Program-made: the position numbers and the translations under genes | NCBI GenBank assembly: GCA_015484945.1 | Contig: WFUO01000061.1 | Location: forward strand, 3,510 to 67,509 | DNA length: 64,000 nt | Source of the DNA: Gammaproteobacteria bacterium | Lineage (GTDB): Bacteria; Pseudomonadota; Gammaproteobacteria; WFUO01 | Reading direction: 5' to 3' | Notes under the pieces: generated by a model | Databases searched by the model: none | Seen by the model: only the letters and a program-made list of their open reading frames with translations | What the model was told of the DNA's origin: nothing | Shown here: in pieces, positions 8,566-16,660 of the stretch | Layout: the number at the start of each line of letters is the position of its first letter | How positions within the stretch are numbered: the stretch's first letter is position 1

Positions 8566-9227
8566 GCATGACGGAAGACATACTGCAGGACCGGCGCTAC
8601 ATCGTCGTCGAGGGCCCCATCGGTGTGGGCAAGACCAGCCTGGCCAGGCGCCTGGCAAAGACGCTGGGCAGCGAACTGCTGCTCGAGGATGCGGACAGCA
8701 ATCCGTTTCTCGAACGCTTCTACCGCGACCCGCGGCAGGGCGCCTTGCCGACCCAGCTGTTTTTCCTGTTTCAGCGCGCCCAGCAGATGCAGGCACTCAG
8801 ACAGGATGACATGTTCAGTCCGGTACGGGTGGCCGACTTTCTGATCGACAAGGACCGCCTGTTCGCCGAACTGACCCTGGATCAGGATGAGTTGCATCTG
8901 TACGAACAGGTCTATGACAAGCTGGCCATCGATGCCCCACGGCCGGATCTGGTGATCTACCTGCAGGCACCGGTATCGACCCTGCAGCAGCGTATCGCCC
9001 GGCGCGGCATTCCCCATGAACAGGGTATGGACAACGACTATCTCGCGCGCCTGGTCGAGGCCTATACCCGTTTCTTTCATGACTACAGCGCCGCGCCGCT
9101 ACTGATCGTCAACGCCACCGAGATCGATCTGGTCAACAATGACGACGATTACGAACAACTGCTGCGCCAGATCCGGCGGCTGCGCAGCGGCCGTCACTAT
9201 TTCAATCCACTGCCGATCGCCATGTAG
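8562..9227 (+). CDS. Deoxynucleoside kinase family protein
   Basis: 221 aa with P-loop VVEGPIGVGKTSLARRL and NPFLERFY, typical of the dNK family. ATGA overlap with folK. Confidence 0.8.
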   Translation: MSMTEDILQDRRYIVVEGPIGVGKTSLARRLAKTLGSELLLEDADSNPFLERFYRDPRQGALPTQLFFLFQRAQQMQALRQDDMFSPVRVADFLIDKDRLFAELTLDQDELHLYEQVYDKLAIDAPRPDLVIYLQAPVSTLQQRIARRGIPHEQGMDNDYLARLVEAYTRFFHDYSAAPLLIVNATEIDLVNNDDDYEQLLRQIRRLRSGRHYFNPLPIAM

Positions 9228-9246
9228 GCCGGCACGGTAACCAGGC

Positions 9247-10062
9247 ATGTACGCGAAACCGACAATGAGCAAGATAACCGCCCGTGGCCTGCGTGAGCAT
9301 ACACGTGCCGGTGGCCGGTTTACCTGTTTGACGGCCTACGATTACAGCTTCGCAAGGGTGCTCGACGAGGCGGGTATCGATGTCATCCTGGTTGGTGATT
9401 CGCTGGGCATGGTCGTGCAGGGATGTGAAACCACGCTGCCGGTCACTGTGGATGACATGGTCTATCATGCGCGGGCTGTTTCGCGTGGCTGCCGCCGCGC
9501 GTTGTTGATGGTGGACATGCCTTTCATGAGCCATGCCACCGTCGAGCAGGCACTGGCCAATGCCGCGCGGCTGATGAAGGAAGGCGGCGCCAACATCCTC
9601 AAGCTCGAGGGCGGCGCCGACCAGGTCGGCATCGTCGCAGCGCTCACGGCCCAGGGCATACCGGTCTGCGCCCACCTTGGTCTGCAGCCGCAATCGGTAC
9701 ACAAACTCGGCGGCTACCGGGTGCAGGGTCGCGACAGCGATACCGCCACGCGCATGATACAGGATGCCACGGATCTGCAGCAGGCTGGCGCCGACATGTT
9801 GTTGCTGGAATGCGTGCCCGCCCGCCTTGCGGCAGAGATCACCGCCAGGCTGGATATCCCGGTGATCGGTATCGGTGCCGGTGACCAGGTCGATGCCCAG
9901 GTGCTGGTGCTGCACGACATGCTCGGCATCACGCCGGGCAAGCCGCCACGTTTCAGTCACAACTTCATGCGGGATGCCGGCGACATCCGCGGCGCGGTCG
10001 AGGCCTATATCAACGCCGTGCACGATGGCCGTTTCCCCGGTCCCGAACACCGTTTCGAATAA
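9247..10062 (+). CDS. panB: 3-methyl-2-oxobutanoate hydroxymethyltransferase
   Basis: 271 aa: LTAYDYSFARVLDEAGIDVILVGDSLGMVVQG. Alternative start at ATG 9265. Confidence 0.93.
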   Translation: MYAKPTMSKITARGLREHTRAGGRFTCLTAYDYSFARVLDEAGIDVILVGDSLGMVVQGCETTLPVTVDDMVYHARAVSRGCRRALLMVDMPFMSHATVEQALANAARLMKEGGANILKLEGGADQVGIVAALTAQGIPVCAHLGLQPQSVHKLGGYRVQGRDSDTATRMIQDATDLQQAGADMLLLECVPARLAAEITARLDIPVIGIGAGDQVDAQVLVLHDMLGITPGKPPRFSHNFMRDAGDIRGAVEAYINAVHDGRFPGPEHRFE

Positions 10063-10072
10063 GCTGTCACCC

Positions 10073-10918
10073 ATGCATGTGATCGAAACAGCCGACGCAT
10101 TGCGCAAACAGGTGGGTGAATGGCGTCGTGCAGGCGGGCGTATCGGCTTTGTGCCGACCATGGGCAATCTGCACGCGGGCCACCTGGCGCTGGTGGACAG
10201 GGCGCGCGAGCTCGCCGGGCGCGTGGTCGTCAGTATCTTCGTCAATCCCATGCAGTTTGGCCCCGGCGAGGACATCGACCGCTACCCGCGCACGCTGGAT
10301 CGTGATTGCGAGGCCTTGCGGCGAAAGGATGTCGATCTGCTGTTCGCGCCACCGGTGGAGGTGATCTATCCACATGGCGACCGGGCCACGACACGTGTGG
10401 AGGTGCCTGGCCTGTCGGACATCCTCGAAGGCGAGCACCGCCCCGGCCACTTCACCGGTGTCGCCACCGTGGTGGCCAAGCTGTTTAACCTGGTGCAGCC
10501 CGACGTGGCCGTGTTCGGTGAGAAGGACTTCCAGCAGCTTGCCGTGATCCGGCGCATGGTGGCCGATCTGGACATGCCGGTGCGCATCGTCGGCCATCCC
10601 ACTGTGCGCGAGGACGACGGCCTGGCCATGAGCTCGCGCAATGGGTATCTCGACGATGCCGAGCGCCGTATCGCACCGCAACTCTATCGCTGTCTGCAGG
10701 AGGTGGCCGATGGCCTGCATGCCGGTCAGCCCATCGGCAAGCTCGAGGCCATGGCGATGAAATCACTTGAAAGAACCGGTTTCCGGCCGGAATATGTCAG
10801 CATCCGCCGGCGTACGGATCTGCTGCCACCCGAGCCAGCCGACCATGAACTGATCATACTGGCGGCGGCCTGGCTGGGCAGCGCCCGCCTGATCGACAAC
10901 CTGCCAGTCGATGTTTGA
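10073..10918 (+). CDS. panC: Pantoate--beta-alanine ligase
   Basis: Internal ATG 10073 of track ORF 9875..10918. MHVIETADALRKQV...GFVPTMGNLHAGHLALV is the PanC HIGH-type motif. Confidence 0.93.
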   Translation: MHVIETADALRKQVGEWRRAGGRIGFVPTMGNLHAGHLALVDRARELAGRVVVSIFVNPMQFGPGEDIDRYPRTLDRDCEALRRKDVDLLFAPPVEVIYPHGDRATTRVEVPGLSDILEGEHRPGHFTGVATVVAKLFNLVQPDVAVFGEKDFQQLAVIRRMVADLDMPVRIVGHPTVREDDGLAMSSRNGYLDDAERRIAPQLYRCLQEVADGLHAGQPIGKLEAMAMKSLERTGFRPEYVSIRRRTDLLPPEPADHELIILAAAWLGSARLIDNLPVDV

Positions 10919-11461
10919 TCCACACTGACCGGACCACGCCTGTTGGACTTTTTGTGACTGGCTGCGGGAAGGGCGCGATCTTTCGACCTTGGCGCTGACA
11001 GTTTTTTATACTTGAACGATTGTCCGGTATTCCGGATAATCGTTGTCGAACAATCATAAGGCTGACAAGCCCATCCAGAACATCGCTTTCCCTGATATTA
11101 CTATATGGATCAGCATTCCGTATCCCGGTGGAACTGCCGGATCCGGGACAGAAAGGGATGATGAGCAAATACCGACCGGTGCCGACTGGCTGATATTGTT
11201 CCCTTAAAGATTGTTTCGGTGGGTTGAACCACCCGTTCGTTTTGGCCGGCGTGATTTCCGGGACAATCTTCGTGCTGTTCCATGATGTCCGCCAAACGCA
11301 CGGCATGGTGTTCGTGCAGCGGCAAGGAATATCCGCCACGAAAATTCCTTCACGCATCTTGCGAAGAAAACAGAGCGTCTGTCTGTGCCTGTGGACTGTG
11401 TGATTGATGACCCTTGTTGTTATCGAAAAGCAGGATTGCTGCAATGAAGCTGAGGTTTTCC

Positions 11462-11956
11462 ATGAAGGCGAACAAGTATTTTCTGATGGCGGTGATGGCC
11501 GTATTTGTGCTGATAGCGGGTGGTTGCACAACCAAAACGACTTTCTCCTGGCGCAAGATGAAGACCTTCCGGGGTGTTGAATTCCAGAAAAGGACCATCC
11601 GGAGAAAATTCACGACAACCGGGAACCGGGTGGTCATAGAACGTATCCGACAGTTCAGGGCAGTCAACCGCAGCAAGCGTCCGCATTGTGTTCTGTTCAG
11701 ACTCATCAATATCAGGAACGCCGATATCGAATATCCTTCGAGAGGCGTCCTGGTGTTGCCAAACAGCGCGGTCTTTCTTGGACAGGCAGAGGGAATGAAG
11801 CTGGGGCGCTGGCGTGTCGGTATCAGGTTGATCGTGGACCCGAAGGCGTACCGGATGGCTACGTTCAGGTATGTTTTTGAGTCTTCTGATGTAACTTCCC
11901 GGTTGAAACGCGAATGCGGAAAACTCAGAACCAGCGCCCATATTCCCCGCCGGTGA
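11462..11956 (+). CDS. Hypothetical, very basic putative lipoprotein (orphan)
   Basis: MKANKYFLMAVMAVFVLIAGGC has a signal-peptide n- and h-region plus a lipobox-like AGGC. SD gagg lies 7 nt upstream of ATG 11462; alternative start at ATG 11444. Arg/Lys-rich, with no family I recognise. Lies in a low-GC spacer, and an antisense ORF of similar length exists. Confidence 0.4.
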   Translation: MKANKYFLMAVMAVFVLIAGGCTTKTTFSWRKMKTFRGVEFQKRTIRRKFTTTGNRVVIERIRQFRAVNRSKRPHCVLFRLINIRNADIEYPSRGVLVLPNSAVFLGQAEGMKLGRWRVGIRLIVDPKAYRMATFRYVFESSDVTSRLKRECGKLRTSAHIPRR

Positions 11957-12199
11957 GTTTGAACGCTGAAGACGGCGGATTACCAGCACCGCGCCCATGT
12001 ATCACGCCCGCAGGTAGCCCAAGCAGCGCGTGCCGTCCGGCCACTGCATGTGACCGGGTTGCCATCGAAGGCGTTTCTTCTATAGTCTTTTGAATCAATT
12101 GGTTATGTAACCGGTCTGGCAGTTGGGCAGGCATGCCCGGGCCTGACAGCCGGCAGGCGGCGCGGCCGGTGCGTGCGTTGTGAAGCACGGGCGAAAGCC

Positions 12200-12208
12200 T
12201 GATATAAT
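12200..12208 (+). promoter_or_regulatory. Extended -10 element (TGaTATAAT) upstream of panD
   Basis: tgatataat at 12200-12208, 32 nt upstream of the panD ATG. No good -35, which is compatible with an extended -10 promoter. Confidence 0.35.
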
Positions 12209-12240
12209 TAGCCGGAATCGATCACTTGTACAGCGAAATC

Positions 12241-12621
12241 ATGCAAAGAACCCTGCTCAAGGCCAAACTCCACCACGCCCGGGTGACCCACTCGGAGCTG
12301 GACTATGAGGGTTCGTGTGCCATCGACGGGCACCTGCTCGATGCTGCCGGTATCGCAGAATACGAGCAGATCCACATCTACAACAAAACCAACGGCGAGC
12401 GTTTCACGACCTACGCCATTCGCGCAGAAGACGGCTCCGGCATCATCTCGGTCAACGGCGCCGCGGCCCACAAGGCCTGTCCGGGCGACGTGGTCATCAT
12501 TTGCAGCTACGCCATTCTCAGCCAGCAGGAGTTGGCCTCATTCAAACCCACGCTTATCTACCTCGACGAGGACAACCGTATCACGCGCAGCAGCAACGCG
12601 ATACCGGTTCAGGTTGCCTGA
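12241..12621 (+). CDS. panD: Aspartate 1-decarboxylase
   Basis: [29 protein letters not shown] contains the pyruvoyl-forming G-S cleavage site. The track start at 12226 is a TTG extension. Confidence 0.95.
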   Translation: MQRTLLKAKLHHARVTHSELDYEGSCAIDGHLLDAAGIAEYEQIHIYNKTNGERFTTYAIRAEDGSGIISVNGAAAHKACPGDVVIICSYAILSQQELASFKPTLIYLDEDNRITRSSNAIPVQVA

Positions 12622-12672
12622 CCGCAAGGGACGAGGCCGCACCAACATCATTTTCAGCTGTCTGGCCTATGT

Positions 12673-12699
12673 GCCGGTAATCGCATGTACCGGCGTTTT
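12673..12699 (+). terminator. Terminator-like hairpin after panD
   Basis: gccggta (12673-12679), an 8 nt loop, taccggc (12688-12694), then gtttta. Lies 52 nt after the panD stop. Confidence 0.4.
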
Positions 12700-12833
12700 A
12701 TAATCCAATCACGCGGGTGCAGTATGCAATTATTTTTGTTATGCATTGCCGTTGACATACGGAATTCTCCCTTGTTTGGTGGTTGGCATCATTCTTGAAA
12801 CAGATTGGCAAACCGTTATCCGGAGCCAATACC

Positions 12834-13769
12834 ATGAAACTCGTGTCTGTTCTCGTTTTTCTGTTATTGATGTCGTTCAGCGCCTGTCTGTATGCAGACG
12901 GCCTGGCTGATGCAAGCGCAGATATCCTCAAGGGCCGGTACGCCAGCGCCAAGGCCAGACTGACACCATTGGCCCGGCAGGGGGATGTCAGGGCGCAACT
13001 GCTGCTCGTCAGATTGCATGCCATAATGCGTACCCCGGACGATAATGCGAGGGCCCTGTACTGGGCCGAACAGGCGGCACTGAAGGGCAGTTCACGTGGC
13101 ATGCTGTTTGCCGGCATTCTCCACTACAGGGGCCTGGGCAAGGCGCCCGATTACCCCAAGGCCATGCGCTGGTTCAGGAAGGCGGCGCAAAAAGGACGGC
13201 CCGAGGCCTTTGTCTATCTCGGCGAGATGTACCTGCTGGGACGCGGGGTGGAGCGTGACTATTCCCGGGCAGTACGGCTCTATCGCATTGCGGCTCGTGC
13301 GCAACATCCGCATGCACTGTTCGTGTTGAGCCTGATGTACTCGACCGGCGAGGGTGTGCCCCGAGACAGACAGAAGGCGGATGCCTATCTCGCAGCTGCG
13401 GCACGGCATGGCCACCGGCGTGCCAGGCGCCTGCTGGCCTACCGTCGTCTGACTCGTCGGATTCGCATACTGGGCGTCAGCAAGGATCCGGCGTATGGCT
13501 ATACGCCGAAGAAACCCATCCACACCGGCTACATGGCAGCTGGCGAACACGTTTATCTGGCAAAGCTACGCGGCCCGAATGGTGAACGGATCAGTTACCG
13601 GCGCCTGGGCCATTGCTGTCCATTCCGCTCCTCGCGCGCGCCGTTCGGGCACGGTCTGCTTGACCGTTACCAGGTGACCTATCCGGGGATATCCAGGCCG
13701 GTGATCCTGTATCTCGATATGTACGAACCCGGTCCGGTGATGGCACCCATGGGCTTTACCCACCGTTGA
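12834..13769 (+). CDS. Secreted Sel1-repeat protein with an uncharacterised Cys-pair C-terminal domain
   Basis: Signal peptide MKLVSVLVFLLLMSFSACLYA. About 4-5 Sel1 repeats (AMRWFRKAAQKGRPEAFVYLGEMYLLGRGVERDYSRAVRLYRIAA...). C-terminal ~100 aa: PIHTGY..GEHVYLAKLRGPNGERISYRRLGHCCPF...LLDRYQVTY...LYLDMYE. Confidence 0.8.
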   Translation: MKLVSVLVFLLLMSFSACLYADGLADASADILKGRYASAKARLTPLARQGDVRAQLLLVRLHAIMRTPDDNARALYWAEQAALKGSSRGMLFAGILHYRGLGKAPDYPKAMRWFRKAAQKGRPEAFVYLGEMYLLGRGVERDYSRAVRLYRIAARAQHPHALFVLSLMYSTGEGVPRDRQKADAYLAAAARHGHRRARRLLAYRRLTRRIRILGVSKDPAYGYTPKKPIHTGYMAAGEHVYLAKLRGPNGERISYRRLGHCCPFRSSRAPFGHGLLDRYQVTYPGISRPVILYLDMYEPGPVMAPMGFTHR

Positions 13770-13956
13770 TTCAGCTCGGGCGTCATTTTTGATATTTGTC
13801 ACGATTCCGCGTATCGAATATAGCGTTTTTGATGTCGTATTTATCAAAATATTTCAAAAACTTGCGTTACCTTCTGAAAGTGTTTATAAAGCTCTCTATA
13901 ACAATGATAAAAATAGTGAAAATAACGACAATAACGATAGATAATAGGGAGCCTGC

Positions 13957-14796
13957 ATGGATCTTGATGTTTTACTGGAAGATCCTTCCTTGCCGACATT
14001 GCCGGACGTCATCGTTCGGCTCAACCGATTGATTCATGAAGAAGCCAGCCTCGATGAGATCGCCAATCTTGTCAAATACGATCAGGCACTGACTGTGCGC
14101 TGCATCGAGATGGCCAACAGCGCCTGGTATCATCGCGAGCGTCCGGCCACGACGGTCGATGAGGCAATCTCACATATCGGCATTGCTGCGTTGTCGCGCC
14201 TGGCACTTGCCGTGACGGTGACGCGCCTGTTCGATGACATCGACCCGTCACTGGTGAACATGCGCAAACACTGGGAAGATTCGGCGCGCATGGCGATCAC
14301 CGCTGCCCACCTGGCCGAGCGGTTGGGCAAGATACCGCCTGGCATGCTTTTCATCAGTGGTCTGTTGTGTCAGGTAGGCAAACTGGTGTACTACACGGCG
14401 TTGCCTGAACTGGCCTCACGGATTCTCGAGTCATCCCGGCGTCAGGGCATACAGCAACACCATGCCGAACTCGACATCCTTGGTTTTCATCATGCGACGA
14501 TTTCCGCGGCGTTGTTCCGCCGCTGGCAGTTTCCGGAACAGATCAGCGGTATGATCGAATACTGTCTTGAACCCGAACAGGCACCGGGGCCGTCACACCG
14601 GGTGCCGGCGGTACTCAACATCGCCGGGCTGATGACGGTCTTCACCCCGGATGCCGGACTGGCGGTGGAGATCGATGAAGGCAATCTGTTTGCGCTGGAG
14701 GAGACCGGATTGAGCCGGGACGATCTGGGTGAGCTGTACCAGCACAGCGAATCACGTCTGCACGAGGCCTTGTCCCTGTTCCTGGGCGGCGCTTGA
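13957..14796 (+). CDS. HDOD domain protein (stand-alone)
   Basis: 279 aa: LPTLPDVIVRLNRLIHEEASLDEIANLVKYDQALTVRCIEMANSAWY is a typical HDOD N-terminus. SD gggag upstream. Confidence 0.85.
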   Translation: MDLDVLLEDPSLPTLPDVIVRLNRLIHEEASLDEIANLVKYDQALTVRCIEMANSAWYHRERPATTVDEAISHIGIAALSRLALAVTVTRLFDDIDPSLVNMRKHWEDSARMAITAAHLAERLGKIPPGMLFISGLLCQVGKLVYYTALPELASRILESSRRQGIQQHHAELDILGFHHATISAALFRRWQFPEQISGMIEYCLEPEQAPGPSHRVPAVLNIAGLMTVFTPDAGLAVEIDEGNLFALEETGLSRDDLGELYQHSESRLHEALSLFLGGA

Positions 14797-14835
14797 GGCT
14801 GCTAGACTGGTTACGATAGATTCATGAGGTGACCA

Positions 14836-15708
14836 GTGACCGCGCAACATATCCTGCTGATGGGGTTCGGCTACCTGGCCCGGCGCGTGGCCGGGTTGCT
14901 CGGACAGCGTCCGGTCGTGATGACACGACGAGCCGATGTCTGCGAAGCCTGGCGTGATGATGGCGGCCAGGCCTGGTGTTTCGATCTCGATGTCGATGGT
15001 CCGGTATTTCCGGCGAGTGATTTTCGCGACATATTCTACAGTGTGCCACCCCCGGCCAGCGGGCGCGAAGACCCGCGCATGGGACGTTTCCTGCAAGCGC
15101 TGACGAGGTCGGGCGGAGCGCCAGGACGTATCGTGTTGATCAGCACCACCGGCGTATATGGCGACTGTCAGGGCGCATGGGTGGACGAACGGCGTCCGCT
15201 GGCCCCGTGCGCAGATCGTGCATACCGGCGTGTGGATGCCGAGCGCCGGTTGCAGGACTGGTGCCGTTCACACGACTGTGAATATGTGATCCTGCGCGTA
15301 CCCGGCATCTATGCGCCGGATCGCCTGCCCGAGGCGCGCATCCGCAGCGGCAAGCCGGTGTTGTGCCCGGAACATGCACCATGGAGCAATCGCATCCATG
15401 CCCATGATCTGGCGCGGGCCTGTGTGGCGGCGTTGACCGTGCCTGACGCGGCAAACCGGATCTTCAATATCAGCGATGGTCATCCATCGACCATGACCGA
15501 CTATTTCTGGCATGTGGCCGACTATCTTGGGCTTGCACGGCCGCCGTGCATCGATCCGTCACGCGCGACGGAGGAACTGAGCGAGGGGATGCGCAGTTAC
15601 CTGGCCGAGTCGAAACGTATCGACAATCGTCTTATGCGTGAAGTATTGGGTATCCAGCCGCAATACCCGGATCTGGCAGCCGGTCTGCCACTGGCGGAGG
15701 GCTCATGA
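14836..15708 (+). CDS. NAD-dependent epimerase/dehydratase (atypical SDR) family protein
   Basis: GTG start with gaggtg SD. LLMGFGYLARRV is a Rossmann-like motif. ISTTGVYG and RVPGIYAPDR follow the extended-SDR pattern. Confidence 0.7.
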   Translation: MTAQHILLMGFGYLARRVAGLLGQRPVVMTRRADVCEAWRDDGGQAWCFDLDVDGPVFPASDFRDIFYSVPPPASGREDPRMGRFLQALTRSGGAPGRIVLISTTGVYGDCQGAWVDERRPLAPCADRAYRRVDAERRLQDWCRSHDCEYVILRVPGIYAPDRLPEARIRSGKPVLCPEHAPWSNRIHAHDLARACVAALTVPDAANRIFNISDGHPSTMTDYFWHVADYLGLARPPCIDPSRATEELSEGMRSYLAESKRIDNRLMREVLGIQPQYPDLAAGLPLAEGS

Positions 15709-16301
15709 ACGGCAAACCCTATGCAGAATCCTGTGAGCAGAACCGTGCGCCTATCCTGGCGGTACTGAAGACGTGGCTGACCGAACCCGGCCTGCTGCTG
15801 GAGATTGGCAGCGGCACGGGCCAGCATGCCGCTGGCATGGCCGGTGAGTTGCCGCATCTGCGCTGGCAGCCGACGGATGTGGCCGAAAACCTTCCCGGTA
15901 TCCGGCGCTGGCGCGACGACTCGGGATGTGAAAACATCCTCGAACCACTCGAACTCGATGTGGCGCAGACGACTTGGCCAATAGAGCAGTGTGATTACGT
16001 GTTCACGGCCAACACCTGCCACATCATGTCCTGGCCGCTGGTATGCCGGATGTTCGAGGGCGTATGCGGCGTGATCCGTAGTGGCGGCCTGTTCCTGATC
16101 TATGGGCCGTTCAACTATCATGGCCAATACACGGCGGCGAGCAACGCGCGCTTCGATCAGTGGCTCAAGACACGCGACCCGGACAGCGGCATCCGTGACA
16201 TCGACGAACTGTTGCCGCTCGCCGCGCGGCATCATATGACACTCGAGGCCGATATCGAGATGCCGGTCAACAACCGTATTCTTGTGTGGCGGCATCGTTA
16301 G
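15705..16301 (+). CDS. DUF938 class I SAM-dependent methyltransferase-like protein
   Basis: 198 aa: PYAESCEQNRAPILAVL...LLEIGSGTGQHA...W.PTD. 4 nt overlap with the upstream SDR gene. Confidence 0.75.
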   Translation: MNGKPYAESCEQNRAPILAVLKTWLTEPGLLLEIGSGTGQHAAGMAGELPHLRWQPTDVAENLPGIRRWRDDSGCENILEPLELDVAQTTWPIEQCDYVFTANTCHIMSWPLVCRMFEGVCGVIRSGGLFLIYGPFNYHGQYTAASNARFDQWLKTRDPDSGIRDIDELLPLAARHHMTLEADIEMPVNNRILVWRHR

Positions 16302-16660
16302 TGTCACCCCGGATGCATGTACCACATCAGAGGGTAGATGCGGAAACAGGATGCAAGACACAAGAAAAAAGAAAAAGTGATGCAGCCCGGTAGCAGCGAA
16401 GTGGATCCCGGGGTGACATAAAGGCAGAGAAAAGATCAAAGAAAAAATAAAAGAAAAAAGATAAAAGGAGTCAGGCGCTCTGGCATCCGGCAGGCAGCCA
16501 TACTTTTCACTTTTATCTTTTCACTTGTCTCTGTATTTCGTGGCCGCTGCGAGGCCGGGTTCCCGGATTCCGGCCCTGCGGGCCTGCATCCGGGCTACGC
16601 GGCTGTGGCTGTGTATCTTTGTGATCTCAGTGTTGAACTCATGGCTTTTGCGCCAGACTC

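Noticed and set aside
10854-11998. Minus-strand ORFs 10854..11531 (225 aa), 11110..11325 and 11420..11998 (192 aa) in the panC-panD spacer.
   Set aside because: None has a recognisable motif, signal sequence or SD. One overlaps the panC 3' end. The plus-strand ORF has at least a signal peptide and lipobox. I kept the region as a finding because the coding strand is not settled.
16302-16660. Possible CsrB/RsmY-type sRNA, suggested by several GGA motifs.
   Set aside because: Only ~6 GGA triplets are present, and few sit in obvious hairpin loops. There is no GacA-box-like palindrome (TGTAAG-N6-CTTACA) and no clean terminator. It is therefore not called as an ncRNA and is reported only as an unexplained structured spacer.
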